From: Piromyces finnis finn | Taxonomy: Eukaryota > Fungi > Neocallimastigomycota | DNA: 64,000 nucleotides | Assembly (NCBI GenBank): GCA_002104945.1 | Contig: MCFH01000054.1 | Location: 124,001 to 188,000, forward strand | Reading direction: 5' to 3' | Shown: positions 52,795 through 64,000 of the stretch, in pieces | How the letters are laid out: each line of letters begins with the position of its first letter | Position numbering within the stretch: position 1 is the first letter of the stretch | Notes under the pieces: generated by a model | Databases searched by the model: none | Seen by the model: the letters and a program-made list of their open reading frames with translations, nothing else | What the model was told of the DNA's origin: nothing | Position numbers and translations under genes: made by a program

Positions 52795-54781
52795 ATGAGA
52801 TTTTCAGTAAAAAAATCATTAAAAATTTGTCTTATTATAGGACTTACAATTTCTTGTCTTTTGGTATGCTTATATTTATTTATTTTTTTTAAAAGTGTAT
52901 AGATAGATATTAATATAAAAATAGTTTCATTAAAATTTATCATTATTTTCTTCCCTTATTTCATAATATTATAATTTATTTAAATAAATGGGAATGGTAA
53001 TCCTTACTTCCTGTCATTGTGTAAATAAAAAATAACAACAACAACAACAATAGTTGGTTCGTAGTTTAAGAGGAAAAAATAAAGAAGGAAAACTTGGTGG
53101 TGGTATTTTTATTAAAGAAGGTGTTGATTTACCGGATAATTTAAGAAATTTTAATGTTATTGAATCTTCATCTAACGAATATGACGATTTTGCATTTGTT
53201 ATAAAGTCTGGTGCTGATGTATTCTATGATAGAATACCGGGACTTTTACAAAGTTATCCAAAATATATTAAAAATAAAATTATTGTTGGTGAAAAACCAG
53301 GTTATAAAGTTGGTAACTATACCATGCATGATGTTTGTACTCCAACCTACGGTGAAATTAAGGAAACCTATTGGAGTCAACATAAAGATACCATTGAAAA
53401 GAAAATGAAAGAACAAGAAGAAAATGGTCCAAACGATGAATCCCAAGGAAGAAAACAAGATTTCACTAAGCTTGGTTGGCAGCTTGATGTTTATAAAAAT
53501 ATTCCAGCCTTTAAATTACTTTATGATACCTATCCTAATGCTAAATGGTATGTTATGGTAGATGATGATACCTACGTTTTCCTTTCTAATCTTAAAAAAA
53601 GACTTTCCTTTTATGACCCTGATGAAAAATTATATTTAGGTGCTAATTGGCCAATTCCAACTGGATGTTATCGTAAGTTTTTTTTTTTTTTTTTACTCAT
53701 AATCTTTGTTAATTTCTTTCTCCCTTTTTTATAATAATAATTCTAAGTAAAAATAAAAATAAAAAAAAAGTTATTGATAAGTTTTATATAATTTTTTATA
53801 TAATTTTTTATTTTACTGTCCTTTATGATCCATGATCTTTATAATATTTACAATGATACAATTATGAATACACATTAAATACTACTCAATGCTAAATAAT
53901 TATTCCTCTGCATTTATATTAACTAATTAATTATACCATTAACCAACTATCTTAAATACCTCTATGAATACAACTAATGATACAACACTCATTGATTATA
54001 CCACTAAATGATGATTATACAAATATATATATATATATATATATTTTTAAAAAAAAAAAAAAAAATAGCTTCATGGCAAAATGCTAGATTTGCTCATGGT
54101 GGTGCTGGTATTATTTTATCTCATGCTGCTATGTTAGCCTTTGTTGGTAATTATGATCAATGTGTTCATGATTTTGATGATTGCTATGCTGGTGATGTTA
54201 GATTAGCCTTGTGTCTTAATACCGTTGGTATTCGACTTAATCGTTTTGAACATCGTCATGTTAATATTAATTGGAGAGGACATTCTGACCAAGCTCCAAA
54301 TTTAGAATACAGTTGGACAGAACCTTGTGATTTACCCTTAACCTTCCATCATTTATTTGCCAAGCAACAAAAATTATTATTTGATATCCAAAGATATCAT
54401 AATCGTGATTCCTTTAATCTTCTTAAGGATGAAGAAGATGGTAATTTCCATACTCTTATTTCCTACAGTGATGTTTTCAATTCCTTAGATTTAGATCTTA
54501 AGATGGGTCCACCGGAAAAGGCCACCTATCGTCTTGGTAGTGATTATCGACGTGTATCCTATGGTAAAGTTATTAATGAAACTGAAGTGTTAGAAGAAAA
54601 TGTTATTCGTTGTCAACAACTCTGTATTCAAGAAATGCCAAAATGTAAGAGTTGGCAATATTCTAATTTTATGTGTCATTTAAAGAGCGGTATTCCAGGT
54701 GCTATTGATGGTACCCCTAATAGTTATTCTGGTATTACCGGTGTTCCAATTTTCTGTGATGGTGAATTACTTCTTAAATAA
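52795..54781 (+). CDS. GT31-family (C1GALT/fringe-like) type II membrane glycosyltransferase with a C-terminal PAN/apple domain, 3 exons
   Basis: Exons 52795-52863 (TM anchor MRFSVKKSLKICLIIGLTISCLL), 53054-53672 and 54069-54781 join in frame. Motifs: KWYVMVDDDTYVF, LYLG, GGAG, GDVRLALCL, TFHHL; C-terminal CQQLC...CKSWQY...CHLK. Confidence 0.88.
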
Positions 54782-56211
54782 ATGTAAAAAAAAATAATAA
54801 TAATAATAATAAAAAAATAAATATATTTTGCTATAGTTTATAATTTTTTTTTTTTTTTTTTTGTAAAAAAAAAAAAAAAGATTTATTTATTGTATATTTA
54901 TTCACACCTATCTTTTTTTTTTTTTTTCCCACTTTTGTAGCATAAAAAAAAAAAAATCCACGACAACAACGACGACTAATAAAATACAATAATATTACTA
55001 CTACTATTACTAATAATAATAATAATAATAATAATAATTAGTAATAATAATAATAAAAAATAATAATAAAAATTAAATAAATAAAATAATGCTAAAAATT
55101 AAATAAATAATACATATATGGTTAATACATCTTTGAAAAAAGTTGACTTTTAATGTATACAATAGAAAAAAAAATAGTAAATATGATTAATAAAGTATGA
55201 TAAATTAAATAATTTAGGATTACTTTTTTTTTTTTTTTTTTTACCCATTTTACTATATGACCATTATATAGTCATTATATAAAAAAAGAAAATTCATGAT
55301 GACCCAAAATTTTAAATATAAAAAAAGTACAAACATTTCCATTTTTAAAATCGTATTCTTTTTTTTTTTTTTACTCTAAAAATTTTATATTAATTGTTAG
55401 TAAAAAAAAAAAAGTTTAAAAATGTTTCCACCCCCCAGAATGATGAAAGAGAATTACTCATCTTTACTCATCATGATGATTTTAATTTAATTTAAGATTT
55501 TGGGATTTCCAAAAAAAAAAAAAAAAAAAAAAAAAAATGTATATTTAAATGTAATAATAATATAAATATATTTATATTTATATTTATATTTATTTAAAAA
55601 GTATTACTATTTAAAAAAAAAAAAATGTATATATATATGTATATATATATAATAATAGTTATAATAACATTTGTATTTTTTAATATTTGTAATAGCAAAG
55701 TCTTTATCTACAAACTTTTTTTTTTATACATTTTATTTTTATTACTTACTAATAAATATATTAGTTAATTATTTTCAATAATCCCTTTACTTTTCATTTA
55801 TTAATTAATAGAAAAAGAGTTTAAAATGATGAGTAAGAAGGATATTAATAATATAATAAATAAAAATAAATAGATGGATTTAGTTTTATCACCACCTTGA
55901 GAATCATTATAATTTAATAATAACAACAACAATAATAATAAAAATGGAATTTTTTTTTTATTTTATTTTCCGTTTTTTTTTTTTTTTTTAATTTATTCTC
56001 CATTTAATACTAGTTTATTTTCCATTTATTTATAAATATAAAATATGGATAACATAGAAGAAAAAAAAAAAAGGTATAAAAATACATTCAAGATTTAATT
56101 ATTTAATGTAAAATATATAGATATATATTCATTTTATTCAAATGGTTGAGTTGTTGGGTATATATAAAAGTTTATGGAATATTAATGATAATAATAATAA
56201 TAAAAAACTAT

Positions 56212-56242
<31 letters not shown>

Positions 56243-56348
56243 CAGGTAGTAATAATATAATAATAATAGGAATAATAAAAAATTCATATTTTAGCTGGTA
56301 GTAGATCAAAAATAAATAGTTCTATGTTAATTTTTTTTTTTTTTAATA

Positions 56349-58014
56349 TTAGTGATGTCTAGAAGAGGAATTTCTTTTGGGAGAATCTTCTCTTCTTCTA
56401 TGGCTAGAATGAGATCTAGAACTTCTTCTCATTCTATCATCATGAGAATGAGGTTGTTTTTCTTTATGATGACGGTGATGATGATGATGACGATGATGAT
56501 GATGAAATTTTTTATCCTTTGATTTTTTATCTTTGGATTTTTCTTTTTCATTATTTGATCTTTTTAATTTTTTATGCCTTTTTTTTTCTTCTCCAGAGTC
56601 ATTATCATCTTCACCTTCAGAATCATCACTTCCTCTATCTCTTTTTTGTTTTAAGGCATCTTCAAATGAAATGTTTTCATTATTTGTATTATGAAGTCCA
56701 AAGCTAAATATATATTTATATATATAAATTTTGAAAATTAAAAAATAACATTATTATTATTATTTCTTCAATAACTATATATAAAATATTTTAAACTATA
56801 TATAAAAGTAACAAGAATAATGACATATAAAATATTTTAAACTATTTATAAAAGTAACAAGAATAATGGCCATACTATTAATATTAAAAAAAAAAAGGGA
56901 ATAGAATTATTTATTTACCTTCCAAATCCAACACCTTTAATCGTATCAACATCATTTCCTGTCTCTGCTTCTTCCTTATTTATAATAGTTTGAAGTTCTT
57001 TTTTTGATACTTGCTCTGTATGTCTTTTTTTTGGAACACTAACCCCTCTATATAAATAAATATGGAGTATAATGTATTTTTTTTTAAAAAAAAAAAGAAA
57101 AAGGGGGAAATAGTGGTTAAAAATTGATATATAGATGTTAAAACTAAAAAAAAAAAAAACAATGTTGAATTTTGTAATTGGCTTTAATTGTAAAATGTAT
57201 AAAAAAAAAAAAAGATATATATTTACAAAAATTCAGCCATAGCTAATAAAATATAATATATAATTAAAAAAGAAAAAGAAAAAAAAAAAGTACAATTAAT
57301 TAAATTTAGATATGAATTAAAATATTATTGTATATATATTTTTTCCTCTCCTTTTTACCTTCTGCTTCATTTTGTTTAATTAATTCTAATTCATCATTGA
57401 TATTAGCATCGGAATTAACTTCATGCGATTTATCATACCAAAGTAAATCTTTAAATAAAGTATATTTATTAATGGATAGATAGATAAAATTAGATTTCAC
57501 CATTTAAAATCCCATAATTTTAAAAAAATAAAATGATATAGTTTTTATTCTCCTTACCTTTATTTTTTTGCCATCTACCAATAGGTGCATTAATAGAATG
57601 CCCTAGATAATTTTCTCTGTATTTATCCGATTTTACTATTTATTATTATTAGTTGTTAAAGCGTCATTTATAAATAATGTTAATGATTAATATTTTTTAA
57701 AAAAAAAAAAGTATTTATTATATATAGTATTAAATCCTATATATATATATATATATTTTAGTACCATTTTCCCATGAAAAAGAATCCTATATTGATATAT
57801 ATATATATATATACATTGTAAAAAATATTTATTATCAATATATAAATTATAAAATTGTAATTTATTAGAGAATTTTTTTTTTTTTCATTTAAATGTGTGT
57901 TATATTTATATATTTGTCTATATAATTTAACAAATCTTTCGACTATTCTATATTGGTAATAATAATATTCACCTGACCACCTCTTGAACCACCACGAATA
58001 GGATAAGACATCAT
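56349..58014 (-). CDS. MMTAG2: MMTAG2/C1orf35-like protein (MMtag domain, His/Arg/Ser-rich tail), 7 exons
   Basis: Exons 58014-57973, 57786-57765, 57635-57558, 57448-57359, 57242-57227, 57047-56919 and 56703-56349 give [46 protein letters not shown], the MMtag signature. Confidence 0.88.
56779..56868. repeat. 46-bp tandem duplication inside intron 6 of the MMTAG2-like gene
   Basis: ATATAAAATATTTTAAACTATxTATAAAAGTAACAAGAATAATG occurs at 56779 and 56825. Confidence 0.85.
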
Positions 58015-58631
58015 TTTGGGTAAAATTAAACTTTTTAAAAACTTTTTTCTTTTTTTTTAAAAAAAAAAATAAATATAAAATATTTTATGTTAAAACCTCA
58101 ACCAAATAAAAAATATATATATAATTAAATATAATTAAAAAAAATTTATATATTAATTAATTAAAAAAAAAGACTTTATTTTTTTTGGGTATTATTCATA
58201 AAATGTTTAAAAAAAAAAACATTTATTATAAATACTTTTATTTTGTAAAAAATTATATATATGCAAAGATGATGAATTATCAATAAATACTTTTTTTTAA
58301 AAAAAAAAAGAAAAAAGATATAATGATCATTAAATACATTTAGATAGGTTGAAATAATAATAAAAAAAAATAGTAATAATAGTAATAATATACTTTTATA
58401 TTATGATTTATTCTACATTTAATCACCACCAAGGTAAAAAATAAATAAATAAATAAATAAAATAAAAAAGAAAACTTTTAAGTGTATAGTATTGATTTAA
58501 ATTATTGATTTTCTTTTTCTTTCTTTTTTTTTTTTTTTCCTTTTATCTATAAAAAAAAAAAATAATAAAAATTAAAAGAGGATATCGATTTATTATATAA
58601 ATATTTATATATATTTCTTTTTTTTTTTTTT

Positions 58632-59980
58632 TTAGAAAGAAACAACTTTCTTTTTTGGTGCAACAGGTTTATTTACAGCTTTTTTCTTCATATCTTTTTC
58701 ATCTTGCATTCTTTTTAATGCAGTAAAAACATCATCATCATCAGCACCTTGATTAGCATCAATAGTACCAATTTCTATAAGTTCTTTTTCTTTTTTATTG
58801 GCTGGATCACAATCCTTGGCTAAATGTCTAACAGAACCACAATATTTACAACAACCACCATTTGGATATAAACCTTTTTCATTTTGTGAACATTGAGAAG
58901 CTAAGTGACCTTTTTGATTACATACATAACATTGAGCATAAGGTAATACATTTTCCTCTGTCATAATAATAATTATTTTCAGTGTTGTTATTGTATTTTT
59001 GTTGGATAATTTTTTTTTCCCCATTGAATTATTTAATTTGAAATTTGTAAATGGTTATTTTAAAATTTTATAAAATTTATTATTTGTATTTTATATTGTT
59101 GAATGTATCCAAGTGTATTTCAATTTATATAAATTGTGTGTGTGTGTGTGTGTTTTAATAATTAATAAAAATAAATACATTGAGTATATTAATATAGAAA
59201 AAAAAAAAAAGTAGTTCTAGGTAAAAAATGATTATACATTCAAATTACCTCCTTTTTTAACCGGAACCTTACAATTCTTTAATGTATGTTCAGTTGAGCC
59301 ACAACGGAAACAAATACCAGTAGCGTTATTTGAAGTATTTTCACCTTCGGATTTTAATCTATCTTTACAATTGGCAACAGAATGTCCTCTTTTTCTACAA
59401 AAGAAACATATCTTTTTTTAAAAATAATAATAATAATAAAACATATTAATATTTTTCGTTTTATTGTAATGCAATAAATTTAAATAATACTCTATTTTAT
59501 TTTAATACTATTTAATTATGATATTATGTTGGTATTATTATAAAAAAAGTGGAAATAGTTACTAAATGTCTATCTTTTCCCTTGAATTTTTTTCTTTGTT
59601 GTTTTTCGCCCTTTTTTTCTTTATTATGTTAAGAGATATCAAGTTAAAAAAATTTTTTTTTTTTTTTTGTGAATATTATGATAAAAGTAATAATTGAAAA
59701 TTATTAATTATTAGAATTGACAATTTTTTTTTTTTAAAAATAAAGTATAAATGAAACAAATATATTGTAAAAATGATAAACAATATATCTATCCTTTTAC
59801 ATTTTATTAAAATATTTTTTTTAAAAAAAAAAAGTTTCAATACAAAATAGATAAAGATAATTTACTCATTTCAATTCTTTTTAAAGCTTGAGATTTCTTT
59901 TCGTCCTTTGTTTGTTTCATTTTTTCCCAACCTGTTGCTTCAACATACTTTTTTCTTCCCATTTTAGTTACACGAGTCAT
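58632..59980 (-). CDS. ZCCHC9: CCHC zinc-knuckle protein with four knuckles (ZCCHC9-like), 4 exons
   Basis: Exons 59980-59866, 59618-59563, 59411-59249 and 58957-58632 join in frame. Knuckles: CFFCRKRGHSVANC, CFRCGSTEHTLKNC, CYVCNQKGHLASQC and CKYCGSVRHLAKDC; C-terminal KKVVSF. Confidence 0.85.
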
Positions 59981-62900
59981 TTTTAGTAATTATATCTATC
60001 TTTTTTATTCTGTTTTATATATAATACTATAATTTTTCTTTTATTTGATTTATAATTTGAAATTGGTTCAATGGAAACACTTTTCCCTTTATTCTTTTAA
60101 TATTAACAAAATTGAATATCAAATATTTTTACTATTAATTAAAATTTTAAAAGAAAAAAAAAAAAATTAAAAAAAAAATATAAAAATTTAAAAATAAATG
60201 ATTGGCTCAATTCAAGATTAAATTTTTTAAATTTAAAAAAGACTTTAATATTTTAATAAAAATAAAAAAATAAAAAAGAGAAAGTAGAACTTTATCATTA
60301 TTATTTAACACTTTTATTTTATTTACTATTCTAAGAACGGATAGAGAATGAAACCTTTTTTTTTATATTTATTAAATATTACAAAAAAAAATGTTTTATA
60401 ATCTTTTTTTTTTTAAATATTAAAAATTTTTTTAAATTAAATGAAGGACTTTCAAGGGTTAAAAGGAAAAAAAGATGAATAAAAAAAAAAAAAAAAAGGT
60501 CTTTTTTAACTTTTAATTATACTAACAATTTGTTTGTATATCCCATTATAAATACATTATGGGGGAAATAGTAAAATAATAATAATAATAAAAATAAAAA
60601 TAAAATCCTCTTAATATTCTAGTAAATATAAGAATAAATAATAAATGTTTAGCGTTTTTTTTTAAAAAAAAAAATAAAAAGATTTATTCTTTCTTTTATA
60701 TATCTATATATTTTTTTTTTTTTGAAAATATAAAAACATAGATATTGATAGTATAAAAAAAAATTATGACTAATAAAAATAAAATGCCTCTCTTTCAATA
60801 ATAGAAATAATTTCTATTACATAATTTAATTATATAAAAAAAAAAAGTTTTTACAGAATGGATTTAATATCTCCCACCACAAAAAAATGTATTGTTTTTT
60901 TTTTTAAAAAAAAAGAAATACAATGTTAAGAAATAGAACTTTTTTTTATTTTTAATTATGATTAAAACTTTAAAAAATATTATTCTTTTTCATTCTTATA
61001 TATTTAATTATTAATTAATATTTATATTATTAACCATGTTTCAATTCTATTCCAAAAGAAAAAAAAAAAAATTAAAACATTAATCATTATAATAAAATAT
61101 GTAATATATCAACGAATGGAATTTTAATCTTTTATCAAGTTTCATTTTAAGGTTTTTAAATAAAGATATACGGAATATACGGTATATATATAAAAAAGAT
61201 ATTAACAATAAAGTTTGAAACAATGCTTTTAGGGTGATAGATTTTATCGATAGCATCAATCTCTCTATAAATAATCATGTGTTTATAAAATGGGTGTCGT
61301 TTTCACTTTTGGGCATTGTGAAATTGTGAAATTCCGTTTATAAATAAATCGATGAAATATATCAACTGTTATCGATTTTTTTTTAAAAAAATATTTACGG
61401 GATGGTATTTGTTTGAATTGAAGAGCTTTAATAAAAAAACATTTTGTCCTTAATAATCGATGAAGAAAAAGATATATAATTTTTAATTAGGTATAATTAT
61501 TTCCTATTGTTTTTTTTTTATTATTATTTATTTTTACTTTTTATTTTGATATTAAGAAAATTAAATGCTAAAAACATGAATAATAAATTGTATAACGAGT
61601 AACAATATAAAAGACCATAAACACTCTATGTATAATAATAATGTAATATATGGTATAATAAAATATTAATATAATAAACTACAAAATATATAAACATTAT
61701 AATAAAATAATATAATAAACTATAAACACTATATTTATAATAATATAATAAACACGCTATGTATAATATAATGATTTAATGATATAATATATACTATCTA
61801 TATATAGTAATCTAATAGGCCATCTATCTCTAAGAAAAAAGTATAAAACATTCAAATTAAAATTAATTAAAAGAAATAAATGGGTCAAATTGTATTTTAT
61901 TCGTTCTTTTTTTTTTTATTTTTATTATTAAATAAACTTTGAAACAAATTAATTATTTCATAGAAAAATATCCATTAAAATTTCCTATTCCTTATTAAAT
62001 TTAATTGTCACACACACACGCAAAAAAAATTTTTTTTTCCTTAAATTAAATAATTTTATTTATTATTAAATTAATTTTGAATGAATGGAGGATTACAATA
62101 GAAAAAAAAGTTTAAATCAATGGAGTAGATTATATTGTTTTTTAAAGTAAAAAAAGAATATATCCTATATAATCATAGAAATTAGATTCTAGGCTTTTTT
62201 TTTAAATAATAAATATTTGTATATAAATTCATATATTATTTTATTATTTCCTATATACAATTAATACTGTTTTATTATTATTATTATTTTTTTTAAATAG
62301 AGGCCACTTTTTATAATTACTAAAAATAGTTACATTTATTTTAATATATCTTTTAATAATGATTCATAATTACAAATCAAAATGTAAAGGTCAAGAAATG
62401 GAAAAGATTCATTATAAAGTTTAACTTTCCAATACAATATTAATAATAATAGTAAAAAAAAAACTTTTTTCATCTTTTTCTCATTATAATTTAGGGTAAT
62501 TTTTTTTTTCATGGGAAATATATAAAATTCTATAGAAAAAAAAAGTAATTGTATATCTTTTTTTTATTATAAACAAAACAAAACAAAACAAGAGTATAAA
62601 ATGAAACAAACAATCCAATATCAAGTGGAAAATAAAAATCTCTATTTTTAATTAATAGAAAAATTTAATTAATAGTAACAGAATACTATATATATTTTTA
62701 TATATAAAACTATATAAGCCTTATCTATTATTTCTTATTTCTGCTTATTTTTTTTTATTCATAAATATATAAATGTCCTATACCATATATATGATAAATA
62801 GAATTGAATTTAATAGAATTATTAAAATATAAACCATTTTTTTTATTTAATAGTAATTATAATTAATATAATTATATATTATTTTAAAAAGAATATATTT

Positions 62901-64000
62901 TTTTCCATATGCAAATTAAAAAATAAACTTTATTATAAATAAATTGAATGTAGACCTTGTCATTTTTTAATATAATAAATTATTTTTTTTTCACATTCAT
63001 AATGAGTGAATTAAATTAAATTAAATAATAATAATAATAATAATAAAAGAATATATCCATTTATTTATTTATTTTTTTTTTTTAAAAAAGTATATTATAT
63101 AAAGGTGAAATAAAAAATTAAATAAAGCATTTGATATTTTTAAATTAATCAATGTATTAGTAGTATTAAAACTTAAAATGATTAATAAATAAAATATTTA
63201 TTGAGAATGGTTTATTTTTTATTAATTTATTAACATCATAATAAGTTTTATAAATAGTTCACAATAGAAAAAAAAAATTTTTTATTTTCTTCATGGTTGA
63301 TAATTATTTAATACTTTTGAAATAAATTAAATCTTCTATAATAATTAAACTTTATTTCTGATGTAGAATTTTAATTAAAGTTTTATTTATTTCCGTTGAA
63401 ACATTTTTTTATTATATTAAAATTTAAAACTTTATATATTATTACTATTAGAAATTTTATATTTTATGGATCAGCCGGGCATTTTTTTTTTTTAGTTTAA
63501 AATAAAGGTATTCTTTACCTAAATTTAAAAAAATTATTGGGTAGATATCGTTTGTGTATTAATTTTATAATTCATATTATATGTACGTACTTTATTTTAT
63601 CATTAACTAGATCTACATTACCGAAAGAAAAAAAAAATTTCTATAATATACCCATTTCTCATTTTAATTTTGGTATAAAAATGGTTTTTTTTATATAGTG
63701 TTATACTAGTCATAAATTGTTTATATGATGTAATAATAATAATGAAACAATATAAAAAAGTAATAGTGGCAATAAAGAAATGATATTATAATATATTGTA
63801 TTATATTATATTTATATTATATTATATAATCTTTAAATTAGAATAGATATAGATATTTTTTAAAAAAAATATGAACGAATGATGAGTAACAAAAACATTT
63901 TAAAACACTATATATTTTAATGAAATTCTAATGATTTAATTATATTTTTGCATATAAAATAATATAATGGTATATATTGTTATTATAACTTTAAATAATG

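Noticed and set aside
60100-64000. Possible genes or elements in the last 4 kb (GC-richer patch at 61140-61460, loose repeats at 61600-61790)
   Set aside because: There is no ORF, splice-consistent exon chain, RNA gene motif or clear terminal repeat; treated as intergenic.

Overview
This is extremely AT-rich, intron-containing eukaryotic DNA. CotH kinases fused to fungal dockerins (CBM10/NCDD) and CBM1 point to an anaerobic gut fungus (Neocallimastigomycota); that assignment is an inference. The ORF track misses most gene structures, so I rebuilt spliced models by hand from GT-AG sites and reading frame. The flanks hold a secreted alpha/beta-hydrolase and a catalytically dead paralog, a Cys-rich membrane protein, a transmembrane RING-H2 ligase, a MYND protein, a GT31 glycosyltransferase with a PAN domain, an MMTAG2-like gene and a ZCCHC9-like gene. 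The centre (18-48 kb) is a rearranged stress/cellulosome cluster with four atypical Hsp70 copies, three GST copies, silent Hsp70 substrate-binding-domain (SBD) fragments and two convergent CotH-dockerin genes. It contains a ~4.1-kb near-perfect inverted repeat whose outer ends fall at the Hsp70 NBD-SBD linker, and a ~4.27-kb-offset direct duplication. Inverted, similarly interrupted (AAT)n arrays bracket the whole block. The most notable signal is that these Hsp70s keep a conserved ATPase domain but carry mosaic, exchanged SBDs. No rRNA, tRNA, CRISPR array or intact transposon was recognised.
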